IMG/VR virus record: IMGVR_UViG_3300008267_000022
Span: 1-64,000 of that record
Source: a virus
Strand: one strand, 5' to 3'
Length of the DNA stretch: 64,000 nt
The position numbers and the translations under genes are program-made. The notes under the pieces are model-generated. The model did not search any database and was not told the DNA's origin. It saw only the letters and a program-made list of their open reading frames with translations. Positions 28,424 through 37,261 of this stretch are shown one piece after another (the first letter of the stretch is position 1; each line of letters begins with the position of its first letter).

Positions 28424-28742
28424 AAAAAACCCCTAGTAGTTTTCCAAGCGTCCTTGGCACTTGCTAGGGGGTGATAATGGTTATATGGTTGAGTAAGTAT
28501 GTCTGGCCGGACAGGTATTACAGCAATCCAATTTCCCAATATCGAAAAGACCATCCAAGTGAGCAGATCTAACGGGATGCCCGATGGTACTGGGCCTATG
28601 GTTATCTCACCACAGGGGGGTATTCTTGAGCAACAGTATCACTCAAGGGTTCCAACATTCACATGTTGGTGGGGTAAAAGACCTACCCTGGTACGCTCGA
28701 TCGTGGTCACCACAGTCCAGAAGCGTGGTAGGTACTGTTTGC
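28424..28742 (-). ncRNA. candidate large multi-hairpin ncRNA (~310 nt) with terminator
   Basis: At least 7 stems, e.g. CCAACAT-GTGA-ATGTTGG, CTTGAG/CTCAAG, CCTGTGGT/ACCATAGG; ATATTTATA upstream; CCCCTAG/CTAGGGG-TTTTTT end. Confidence 0.65.
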
Positions 28743-28755
28743 TTTTATAAATATG

Positions 28756-28829
28756 TGGTCCCTCCTGGGTTCGAACCAGAGACCTACTGATTATGAGTCA
28801 GTTGCTCTAACCTGCTGAGCTAAGGGACC
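28756..28829 (-). tRNA. tRNA with CAT anticodon, Ile2(lysidine)-like
   Basis: GGTCCCT/AGGGACC-A; ACTGA-CTCATAA-TCAGT; TTCGAAC loop. Confidence 0.9.
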
Positions 28830-28833
28830 ATTA

Positions 28834-28931
28834 TAGGTGGCGAATAATTTGCGGTTATTCATTTCTACTTTTGAATATGCTGATTAAGTCAACTTCACAG
28901 CAGGAATTTCATTTTCGTCTAACTACCACCC
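28834..28931 (-). ncRNA. tRNA-like closed-stem RNA
   Basis: GGGTGGT/GCCACCT-A; GAATAA-CCGCAAA-TTATTC in T-arm position; TGCTG/CAGCA. Confidence 0.45.
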
Positions 28932-28946
28932 TTTGTAGTTTTTGTG

Positions 28947-29009
28947 TGGTCAAGGGGGGACTCGAACCCCCTGCTGAGTATAGTGCATTTACCCTTATGC
29001 AACATGACC
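28947..29009 (-). ncRNA. 63-nt tRNA-like RNA lacking an anticodon arm
   Basis: GGTCATG/CTTGACC-A; D arm GCAT/ATGC; 13-nt linker; GGGGG-TTCGAGT-CCCCC. Confidence 0.7.
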
Positions 29010-29013
29010 ATTG

Positions 29014-29081
29014 TAGTGGAGATTTGTAACCAACGCAGGATCACCCCTGTGCTTCGTTTCATTTGTCTTCGGCACTCCACT
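29014..29081 (-). ncRNA. tRNA-like closed-stem RNA
   Basis: AGTGGAG/CTCCACT-A; internal CAGG/CCTG. Confidence 0.45.
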
Positions 29082-29083
29082 GT

Positions 29084-29175
29084 TGCAAGTACTTCTTTTT
29101 TATCTTGCGCCACCATTCATGCACTATCCTATATGCTAATGGTTGTTACTGTACTATAGGATGTCAAGTAACTGC
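29084..29175 (-). ncRNA. closed-stem structured RNA
   Basis: GCAGTTACTT/AAGTACTTGC closing stem; ATCCTATA/TATAGGAT hairpin. Confidence 0.35.
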
Positions 29176-29177
29176 TG

Positions 29178-29250
29178 TTGCGGGGGCCAGACTCGAACTG
29201 ACGATCTCGGCTTATGAGACCGAGCGGATAACCATCTTCCACACCCCGCA
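29178..29250 (-). tRNA. tRNA-Met (CAT), initiator-like body
   Basis: TGCGGGG/CCCCGCA-A; TCGGT-CTCATAA-GCCGA. Confidence 0.88.
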
Positions 29251-29256
29251 ATATTG

Positions 29257-29407
29257 TAGCTCTAGTAGGAATCGAACCCACCTTGTAAATTACTTGTCAA
29301 ATGCCTCACCATTTTGCTCCGATACTAGTATTAAGGAGTCGTAAGCCAAATAACCATCATTCACCCACTCGCAGCTGCTAGGAGCGACCCACGCTTGCTA
29401 TAGAGCC
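29257..29407 (-). ncRNA. 151-nt tRNA-scaffold RNA with large insert
   Basis: GGCTCTA/TAGAGCT-A; GTGGG-TTCGATT-CCTAC; internal hairpins. Confidence 0.65.
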
Positions 29408-29472
29408 ATATTTAGATTTTTAAAACCCATCCCTCGTTTGGGGTAAGGAAACTCCACCTAATGTTTTTTGCG

Positions 29473-29616
29473 TAGTCAGGACAGGATTCGAACCTGCAAA
29501 CCTACCTGTTGCCTCGGTTTTAATTAGCTTGGGTCTTTAACAACACATACCCATAACTAAGTGTCTAATTCAAAAAATCGAAACATTTTGAATCTTACCA
29601 ATTCCACCACCTGACT
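29473..29616 (-). ncRNA. 144-nt tRNA-scaffold RNA with large insert
   Basis: AGTCAGG/CCTGACT-A; D-loop-like GTGGAATTGGTA; GCAGG-TTCGAAT-CCTGT. Confidence 0.7.
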
Positions 29617-29628
29617 AACCTTTAAAAA

Positions 29629-29826
29629 TTAATACTCAGGCTCTTTAAATAGCTTAACCAATCTAAAACTCCAGCTATCAGGAAAATCTGCTAGTCTAGA
29701 GGTTGTTGGTGCTAATTTAGTAGCCTCTCTCCTTGTTTTAGCCTCTACAAACCTGTAGGGGGCATGGTATCCATTTCGATGGACCCACTCCACTCTCCAA
29801 AGTGGATATTGCGCTTGCGCTTTCAT
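29629..29826 (-). CDS. hypothetical protein within RNA island
   Basis: ORF track. Confidence 0.55.
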   Translation of the reverse strand: MKAQAQYPLWRVEWVHRNGYHAPYRFVEAKTRREATKLAPTTSRLADFPDSWSFRLVKLFKEPEY

Positions 29827-29885
29827 ATTGATAAATCAATATGTCAGCCTGGAGATTTGTTTTTACACATTTGTTTTAATTTTAG

Positions 29886-29969
29886 TACTCGGGGAGGGAC
29901 TCGAACCCTCACAGCCATCTAGCCAACAGATCTTAAGTCTGTCGTGTCTACCAGTTCCACCACCCAAGC
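29886..29969 (-). tRNA. tRNA-Leu (TAA)
   Basis: GCTTGGG/CCCGAGT-A; ACAGA-CTTAAGA-TCTGT; long variable arm. Confidence 0.93.
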
Positions 29970-30166
29970 AACTGCAGGACCCGCTCCCTGCTCTGAGTTT
30001 GTACTTCACTCTATTAAGCGTTTGTAGGTTTAGTATTTTCTTTTTTTAGTAGTGGATTTTAGCCATTGGAACCATTCTTTAAATTGGTCTACTCTTTGTT
30101 TAGCGGTATTTTTACTCATTATTTTTTTTATTTTAATATACAAACTTTATTTTAATATACAAACTT

Positions 30167-30817
30167 TTATTTACCTAAAGCAAATAATTCTTTATAATTT
30201 TCTTCACCTATTGCATTTAATATTTGACGTAAAAATTCACGTTTATCTTTAAATGATCCTTTTCTGTATTGAGTAATTAATTCAACAACTTCTTTTTCTT
30301 TATCTCTATTTAATGAAGTTTTATAATCCATAACGTCCATAAAACTCATATAATAATATCCTCCTACTGGTGTTGCGCTTTGTAGGATTTCATTAGTTGG
30401 TCTAACCTGCACATCAGCATATGCTCCTCCAGCTTTTGATGGGTCCCATACAGTAAATGCTTCTATTGAACCATCTGATGTTGGTCTATAGATTCCGCCT
30501 GCTTTTAATTCTTTATCAAGGCCAGCATCAGCCCAAAGAATTTCATTAGGGATTACTATATCTAAATCCCCAATACCTCCAGATAGTCCAAAAGCATCTC
30601 TTAACTCAGGGTAAAGGTATAAACGAGCAGATCCTGCTATGAAATATTTTTTTTCAGAAGGTTTAATATTGAACTTATCAAAAATTAAAGTATTAGCTTC
30701 TTGTAATAAACTAGCCAAATCAGAGCTTACAGCTTCATCTAATTGGAAGTCTTTTTCAAATTCATTCCAGAATTCCTTTAAAAATACTTCTTTTAAATAT
30801 ATTTCAGTTAACCTCAT
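30167..30817 (-). CDS. putative nucleotidyltransferase (Pol-beta superfamily)
   Basis: FIAGSA...GDLDIV. Confidence 0.6.
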   Translation of the reverse strand: MRLTEIYLKEVFLKEFWNEFEKDFQLDEAVSSDLASLLQEANTLIFDKFNIKPSEKKYFIAGSARLYLYPELRDAFGLSGGIGDLDIVIPNEILWADAGLDKELKAGGIYRPTSDGSIEAFTVWDPSKAGGAYADVQVRPTNEILQSATPVGGYYYMSFMDVMDYKTSLNRDKEKEVVELITQYRKGSFKDKREFLRQILNAIGEENYKELFALGK

Positions 30818-31112
30818 GTCTTTTTAATCTTGTTAAAGCTCTTTTACAATAAATATTTTCCATTGTAAGATGTTTAAATGAAAAAAACATACTTAATGGA
30901 CTTGGCCCTTTTAAAAATAAAAAATTATATGCTGACCACTCAGATGTAACGAAGTATTTATCTTTTACTATATCAAGTAGAAGTAAAGGATTTTCATCTA
31001 CGCACATCCAATCATAAATATGACATGTTCTGCTAACTTGTTTGATAAATAAGTGTACTTGAGCAATTCTTGTGAGAATTATTACTAGTATAAAAATTGA
31101 TACAATTACCAT
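30804..31112 (-). CDS. hypothetical membrane-anchored protein
   Basis: AAAGGTTATG leader; N-terminal TM. Confidence 0.6.
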   Translation of the reverse strand: MVIVSIFILVIILTRIAQVHLFIKQVSRTCHIYDWMCVDENPLLLLDIVKDKYFVTSEWSAYNFLFLKGPSPLSMFFSFKHLTMENIYCKRALTRLKRHEVN

Positions 31113-31160
31113 AACCTTTATTTTATTTTAAAAATACAAATACAATTTTTAGCTTCCAAA

Positions 31161-31466
31161 TTACTTTGATTTCTCTTTTAAAAATCCAATTGCTTTAACT
31201 ATCTCAGCACATTTTTCATATAATTCATTTTCTTCATAAATTGGTAGATTTTGTTCCAAAGTGTGAACAAATTCTTTACGATCAATAGTTACATCATAAA
31301 TGGTTTGTTCTTGTTCTACTAGAACAGATAAAGCATGTAAATGCCTTTTTCTACCATTTAGATTTTTTAGTATTGTTTCTACTAATGCTTTTGAAATCCT
31401 TAAATCTCTACCAGCAACCAATTGCTCAAATTCATCACTATCAAATACGTTTATCTCAGTTGCCAT
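31161..31466 (-). CDS. hypothetical protein with C-terminal UvrB/C-like motif
   Basis: ENELYEKCAEI. Confidence 0.65.
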   Translation of the reverse strand: MATEINVFDSDEFEQLVAGRDLRISKALVETILKNLNGRKRHLHALSVLVEQEQTIYDVTIDRKEFVHTLEQNLPIYEENELYEKCAEIVKAIGFLKEKSK

Positions 31467-31637
31467 ATCAAAATAAATTTAAAAAATCAGTATTAATAGA
31501 TTTCCCCTTTAATTTACTAAGCTTTTCATCATTTTCCAAGATCTTAGAAGCAAGCTTTTCGAGATGTTTTTCTTTTTGCTTGTCGTAGTCTCTGACTACT
31601 TTGTTATGTTTTTTCTTTTTCATCTCATCTATACATA

Positions 31638-32291
31638 TTATTTTTTTCTTGAGACTAAAGAGTAAGGGTCATCATCTACTTTTTTATCCCATAACCCTAC
31701 CTCTTCTAAATGCTTCTTTTGATAATCATCCAATTGAAAATCAATCATTTCAGTCGTTTTATAAACTGTTTGATGACCTTCTAATGACTCCATATCACGT
31801 TCAGTAAACACGTTTCCTAAACGTAAAAAATAACAGTTATAACAAGATAATTGACAATTACCATCTTGGTAATTATTTCGATGCCCATCTTTAAAAAACA
31901 TTATTAATGGGATTTTTCCATCTATTTCTCTTTTTTCACTAAAACCACACCAATAACACTCTTCAATCATGTAACCGGCCTCAATTAACTTAAATTTAAG
32001 CTTTTCAGGGGTAAATGAAGAAGTATCAGCTCTACCATTTACAACATCTTCAATTGCTGGTAGTTTTTTTCCAAATGGGGAATGACTCATAAATTTAGGT
32101 ATTCCTTTCCCACATTGGTTTTTATGTAAATCAAATAAAGACAAGCCTGTTTCCTCATCTTTATAAGCCTTCATAAATGGTTTTAGATGTTGGTAAGAGC
32201 AATTTAAGTAGCGAGCAGCTGCTTTAACCGAGCGAGTTTGTTTCATTGCTCGTAAGCAATCCTCTTTTGATATCGGTTTTGGTTTAGCCAT
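31638..32291 (-). CDS. HTH plus degenerate HNH zinc-finger protein
   Basis: SVKAAARYL HTH; CYWC...FFKDG..NN...CYNC. Confidence 0.65.
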   Translation of the reverse strand: MAKPKPISKEDCLRAMKQTRSVKAAARYLNCSYQHLKPFMKAYKDEETGLSLFDLHKNQCGKGIPKFMSHSPFGKKLPAIEDVVNGRADTSSFTPEKLKFKLIEAGYMIEECYWCGFSEKREIDGKIPLIMFFKDGHRNNYQDGNCQLSCYNCYFLRLGNVFTERDMESLEGHQTVYKTTEMIDFQLDDYQKKHLEEVGLWDKKVDDDPYSLVSRKK

Positions 32292-32292
32292 A

Positions 32293-32634
32293 TTATAAAT
32301 CTTCTAATCCATCCATTAACGTTGCATCCCAATCACTAAGATCATCATCCTCATCATCGTTTTTTTCTTCTTCAATATCATTACCCTCTTCTATTCGACT
32401 TTCTTTCTCTGGGTCTTCTAAGTATGCTTTTTTTATTTCAACCTCCTTATGCTCTCCGGGCTCAAAAATTATCATGTCATTCCATGTATGATCTTTTTCA
32501 CCAAATGTTACAGGCATACCTTTTTTAATTCCTACAGTTGAGCAATTAACACAAGTTAATGTTTGGGGTAAAGCTTTTATTCTCAATGGATTTATTACTT
32601 CATTGCATTTAATACATATTTTATCTTCCATCAT
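32293..32634 (-). CDS. TraR/DksA C4 zinc-finger protein
   Basis: CIKCNEVINPLRIKALPQTLTCVNC. Confidence 0.75.
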   Translation of the reverse strand: MMEDKICIKCNEVINPLRIKALPQTLTCVNCSTVGIKKGMPVTFGEKDHTWNDMIIFEPGEHKEVEIKKAYLEDPEKESRIEEGNDIEEEKNDDEDDDLSDWDATLMDGLEDL

Positions 32635-33013
32635 ATCTTTTTATAAATTTATATAGTTGGGTTGGAGTTTTAATAATATGTTTTATATTATTTTCATCTA
32701 CTAAAGGATAGATATCTCCGTCTGGGGTTATGCTGTCAAATACCCACCAAAGAATAATTGAGGTTTTCAATTGTCCATAATGTTTCATCATTAGCATTTC
32801 AATAGACTGGTAAAATGGGTTATCATGTTTTTCAGTATGTATTCCTACTGTTTTTAATACTGCACCGGCGGCTTCAATTTGGCATAAATTATCTATCAAT
32901 GCCATGAAGAATGCTTCATCTTTTTTTTGGGCTGATTTTGGGTTTTCTTCTATTTTAGAATTAGATCCAATAAGCTCATTTAATTTTTTAAATTTATTTT
33001 CTTGTTCGCTCAT
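32621..33013 (-). CDS. hypothetical protein
   Basis: ORF track. Confidence 0.65.
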   Translation of the reverse strand: MSEQENKFKKLNELIGSNSKIEENPKSAQKKDEAFFMALIDNLCQIEAAGAVLKTVGIHTEKHDNPFYQSIEMLMMKHYGQLKTSIILWWVFDSITPDGDIYPLVDENNIKHIIKTPTQLYKFIKRYDGR

Positions 33014-33169
33014 ATTCTTCTACTTTAAATACTTTTAAGAAGTCATCTTTAGACATCTCTTTAATATGGGATGCTAATAAAATAGCATCTTCTAAATTGA
33101 TTGCTTCAAGTTTACCTTGTGGTTCTTTTGTTGAATCAAATTTGTTATAGTATATATATCTTTTCATAA

Positions 33170-34018
33170 TTAATCTTTTGAAACAGCTCGCCCAACTTGC
33201 CTTGTCCAGTCTAAATCAGTACGAACCAAAACATTTTTAGTCATAGTAGCTACTAGCATAGTTGTATCAACTCCTAATTGTTTTGCTACATATGCTAAAG
33301 CAGCTATATCTTTAGGGAAACAATGCCCCCCAAACCCAAAATCACCATCAGGCCCAGGAACTGCCCAATGTGAATTACCTAGCCTATCATCATATCTAGC
33401 ATATTCAATCACTTTATCATAGTCAACTCCTAATTTATCGCATAATTGGTAAATTTCATTCGCGTATGAAACTTTCATTGCTAAAAAAGTATTTGTTACA
33501 TACTTAATAGTTTCTGCAATCGTTGATGATGTTTTAATGATTGGTACTTTGGGAAAAGCTTTAGCAAATATCTGTTTTACTCTTGATGAATATGGCCTTT
33601 CAGCTCCAATTATTATTCTATTTTGATTCTTATAATCTTCAACAGCATTTGCTTCAGTTAAAAACTCAGGATTAAAGGCTATATGGATATTAGGAAATTC
33701 CTTATTTAATTTTTCAGTTGTGCCTGGAGGGATTGTGGATTTGATTATTACAATGAAATCTTTTTTATCATAGTATCCAACCATTACTGATAGCTGGGTG
33801 AGGCACTCATTTACAATTGATAAGTCACATTCTCCACTTTTACGCATTGGGGTAGGTAAGCATAAAAATGTTTCGTTTACATTTTTTACTAATTCGCCTA
33901 AAGATGATTCATTGCAATTGCCATTGATATCAAATGTCCTAACATCAAAGAAATTTTTCATTCCTTCTTTTACTGCAGTGCCTACAAATCCCTGCCCTAT
34001 AACTCCTATTTTTTCCAT
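33170..34018 (-). CDS. UDP-glucose/GDP-mannose 6-dehydrogenase family
   Basis: GQGFVG, CLPTP, IKSTIPPG, NPEFL, GFGGHCFPKD. Confidence 0.9.
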   Translation of the reverse strand: MEKIGVIGQGFVGTAVKEGMKNFFDVRTFDINGNCNESSLGELVKNVNETFLCLPTPMRKSGECDLSIVNECLTQLSVMVGYYDKKDFIVIIKSTIPPGTTEKLNKEFPNIHIAFNPEFLTEANAVEDYKNQNRIIIGAERPYSSRVKQIFAKAFPKVPIIKTSSTIAETIKYVTNTFLAMKVSYANEIYQLCDKLGVDYDKVIEYARYDDRLGNSHWAVPGPDGDFGFGGHCFPKDIAALAYVAKQLGVDTTMLVATMTKNVLVRTDLDWTRQVGRAVSKD

Positions 34019-34019
34019 A

Positions 34020-35027
34020 TTAATTTGTTTTCCAGAATGAATAAATTCCTTTATCTAATTCATAAGAAGGCCAAACAAAACGCTCTCTAGGAGGTTGTAT
34101 TTGTGCCCATCTCCACATATTGGATAATCCTTCTTTTAATGAAGTTTTATGTTCAAATCCTAAAATATCTACAGATTTTTGATATGTTGGGATAGAATGT
34201 TTTACTTCATGCCTAGCTTCTTTATGAATTACATTACCTCCACCTATTACTTCTATCAAAACATCATTAGCTTGTTTAATGGAGTATTCTTCAATACCAC
34301 CCAAATTAATAATTTGTTTTGATGCTTCTGGTAAGATGGCTGCTTTCCATAGTGGTTCTAGAGAGTCATCTATGTAACTAAAGGCACGTGTTTGAGACCC
34401 ATCACCAAAGATAGTCATTGGCTCATCATTCATGTATTGGTACATCCATATACCTAACACATTTCTGTATTTATCCCAAATATTTTGTTTTATACCGTAT
34501 ACATTATGTGGGCGAATAATACACCAATCTAATCCATGTTGTTCACCCGCAATTTGGATATCCATTTCACAGGCATATTTTGCTACTCCATACGGGTCAA
34601 TAGGTTTTGGTATTTGCTCTTCATCAAATATACCTCCATATCCGTGCCCATATACAGCAAGAGTTGAAGTAAATACTAATCGTTTTACATCATGGCGGAT
34701 ACATTCATTAACTATAGCAGCTGTTACTTTTAGATTATTATCATAATTATAAGTCCTTATAAATGGAGATAAACCTTCAGCAGCATAAGCAGCAAAATGA
34801 AATACATAATCTGGTTTATATCTTTGGAAGATAAGGTTTAGGTTTGATGATCCCCTAACCAAATCAAAAAGATGAAAAGTTACTTTATCATTGATATTTC
34901 CTTTGTACCCCCCACTTAAGTCATCTAATCCTACTACTTTATATTCTGGGTGGTTTTCAATGATCCAATCTGCTAAGCGGCTACCTAATAAGCCTGCCAC
35001 CCCTGTAATTAAAACTGTTTTTTGCAT
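34020..35027 (-). CDS. NAD-dependent nucleotide-sugar epimerase/dehydratase
   Basis: TGVAGLLG, YGVAK. Confidence 0.9.
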   Translation of the reverse strand: MQKTVLITGVAGLLGSRLADWIIENHPEYKVVGLDDLSGGYKGNINDKVTFHLFDLVRGSSNLNLIFQRYKPDYVFHFAAYAAEGLSPFIRTYNYDNNLKVTAAIVNECIRHDVKRLVFTSTLAVYGHGYGGIFDEEQIPKPIDPYGVAKYACEMDIQIAGEQHGLDWCIIRPHNVYGIKQNIWDKYRNVLGIWMYQYMNDEPMTIFGDGSQTRAFSYIDDSLEPLWKAAILPEASKQIINLGGIEEYSIKQANDVLIEVIGGGNVIHKEARHEVKHSIPTYQKSVDILGFEHKTSLKEGLSNMWRWAQIQPPRERFVWPSYELDKGIYSFWKTN

Positions 35028-35030
35028 TGT

Positions 35031-35822
35031 TTAAAAATTAATTCCTTTAATTGTATGGTTTTTAGGTCTATGGCTATTATTTTCAAATAATTGAGGAGCT
35101 ATACCCCATTTGTACATAAACATTTGTGCTGCTGGGTGTTCGGTTTGTTTGAATTTGTTTCCTTCTTTTCCATTTTTTGTTGCAGCACTTCCAAAGTGGT
35201 AAAAATGTAAGTTATGAGTTCTAGTAAAATTAACTCCGTTTAGATCTAACTTTAAAAAGAAATCCCAATCACATATAAAAGGTGATTGATACATAGTATC
35301 AAATCCTCCTACAATCATATAGTTTTTCTTACTTATAACAAAAGGAAAAATACCTCCATCTAATGTCATAACTTCTTTTCTGATGGAAGGCTCATAGCTA
35401 ATAAAATCATTATATTTAAATTCACTTGGAATTTTACCAAAATCTTTTACAGGAAAATTAAATATACCGGGTCCAGTTGGTTCTATCTGGTTAATAGTTA
35501 GAACAGAGTTGGGGTTATATTCTTTTTCTATGATAATATCCCAATCTTTAGATAGTACATTATCATCATTTATGATACAAATAATTTCATTAGATGCATT
35601 CATAACAGCTAAATTAAGGGCTGTTTGCATTCCTTGATTAACCCCCATATCAAGTATTTGTATGTCATCTTGATATTTATCTAATATGTGTTGACTTTCT
35701 TCTATAAAACCATCTACAGATACTATTATTTCATTTTTGTTTGCTTGATTCTCAATTGCTGATTTTAAGCAAATGTCTAAGTGTTCTGGGCTTTTGTAAG
35801 TTGGTATTATTAAACTAATCAT
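35031..35822 (-). CDS. glycosyltransferase family 2
   Basis: ISLIIPTY, INDD, DWDF; likely start MISL. Confidence 0.85.
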   Translation of the reverse strand: MISLIIPTYKSPEHLDICLKSAIENQANKNEIIVSVDGFIEESQHILDKYQDDIQILDMGVNQGMQTALNLAVMNASNEIICIINDDNVLSKDWDIIIEKEYNPNSVLTINQIEPTGPGIFNFPVKDFGKIPSEFKYNDFISYEPSIRKEVMTLDGGIFPFVISKKNYMIVGGFDTMYQSPFICDWDFFLKLDLNGVNFTRTHNLHFYHFGSAATKNGKEGNKFKQTEHPAAQMFMYKWGIAPQLFENNSHRPKNHTIKGINF

Positions 35823-36514
35823 ATTTGGCTCCAATTTGTTAAAGGTGATAACCAAGCTGTTTCTCCATGAGTAGCATATCCTGGTATCGGGGTGATTAAT
35901 AACCCATTATTTTCTCTTAATTCTAAGAACATTTGAAAATCATTTGGGTGGGTTCCTTGAGTGTGCTTTCTAAGGATTGGTTCATATTTTTTTAATTCTT
36001 TTACAGTTGATGCAAATGTCATAGTAGTACTATTAGTTAACTTCCAATGGCAAGAATCAGTTAAATACACCCTTGTATCTTCAGCTCCACCTTGACAGTA
36101 TGGATTTCCTCCATTTAAAGGATCTAAATACTTATCTGGGTGGTCATATAAAGATACGAAAGATGCTCCTAGTGTCAAACCCTCTTTTATTATTTTAGGG
36201 GATAATTGTTTATGTAAATAATCATTTTCTACAAAGTAAATAACTTCATCATCAGGCCAATATAAAGCCATGTCTAAAGATAGATTAAATGTACCGGCAC
36301 CATGTCCTATAGAAACTTTATGTATATTAACAGGATCAATATACCTGCTTATCATTGTAAGTGTCTTCTCACTACAGTTATCTGCTAAAATAATTATGTC
36401 ATGTATGTAATCAAAAAATACATTACAAAAGTTTTTTAAACAAGCACTATTGTGTATGTAAGCAGGTTTTACCTTATTATATCCTGAATCTGAGATGCGG
36501 TATATTATTTTCAT
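35819..36514 (-). CDS. putative GT-A fold glycosyltransferase
   Basis: IYFVENDYLH; context. Confidence 0.6.
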   Translation of the reverse strand: MKIIYRISDSGYNKVKPAYIHNSACLKNFCNVFFDYIHDIIILADNCSEKTLTMISRYIDPVNIHKVSIGHGAGTFNLSLDMALYWPDDEVIYFVENDYLHKQLSPKIIKEGLTLGASFVSLYDHPDKYLDPLNGGNPYCQGGAEDTRVYLTDSCHWKLTNSTTMTFASTVKELKKYEPILRKHTQGTHPNDFQMFLELRENNGLLITPIPGYATHGETAWLSPLTNWSQI

Positions 36515-36517
36515 TTA

Positions 36518-37261
36518 TTATGCTTTATGCCAGACAGTGGCAAAGTTATTATCATGCCAAAGGTTATTATAACCTAAACTTTTCATTGTATTACATACTT
36601 TAGCTATATCCACATTATAATGCATAGGCATATCTTCATTTTCTCCTGAGAGGTCAATTATGAGGATAAGAAGGCCATTTTGGTTAATGTATTTATCTAA
36701 TTTGTGTAGGTAATCTATTTGTGTTTGAGGGTCTAAATGTTCCCAAACTGCATCAGAATATACAATATCAAAAGTTTTATCAAATGAAAATGTATCTTGA
36801 GGGATTAAAATAGTATCAATATCAACATTATATTTTTCAAATCGCCACATAGCAAATTCAGAAATATATCCTTTTACATCAACATAAGTAACATTTTTTC
36901 CTGTATGTTCTTTAATGATTTGGGTAAATACCCCTAAACCTCCTCCAAATTCCATAAATTCATTCCCTGGGTGTTCTTGGATTACTCTCATTAATCCTGG
37001 GAGGAATTTATGCATTTTATTTGCTGGTCCTACTTTATTCCAGTTGGCTCCTAAAAGGTCATATACATATGTTTTTGAATTTTCATAAAAATCAAAGGTT
37101 GATTCTTTAGCATGGAAATCTTCAGTATTAATTTTTTGAAAGTTTCTAATTTTTTCTCTTACCTCTTCAAAAGGTACTCCTGAAAATTCTGCAAAATCAT
37201 GTACTACATCTCCATTTAATACATCTTCAGGCTCGGGGTTCATTACATTGTAATCTATCAT
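36518..37261 (-). CDS. class I SAM-dependent methyltransferase
   Basis: MEFGGGLG, FDIV..DAVWEHL. Confidence 0.85.
   Translation of the reverse strand: MIDYNVMNPEPEDVLNGDVVHDFAEFSGVPFEEVREKIRNFQKINTEDFHAKESTFDFYENSKTYVYDLLGANWNKVGPANKMHKFLPGLMRVIQEHPGNEFMEFGGGLGVFTQIIKEHTGKNVTYVDVKGYISEFAMWRFEKYNVDIDTILIPQDTFSFDKTFDIVYSDAVWEHLDPQTQIDYLHKLDKYINQNGLLILIIDLSGENEDMPMHYNVDIAKVCNTMKSLGYNNLWHDNNFATVWHKA

Noticed and set aside
28499-29344. ORFs called across the RNA island on both strands
   Set aside because: They overlap tRNAs and structured RNAs and lack phage-type leaders
28424-29616. tmRNA or RNase P RNA
   Set aside because: No G3-U70 alanine acceptor with a tag ORF, and no GAGGAAAGTCC P4 signature
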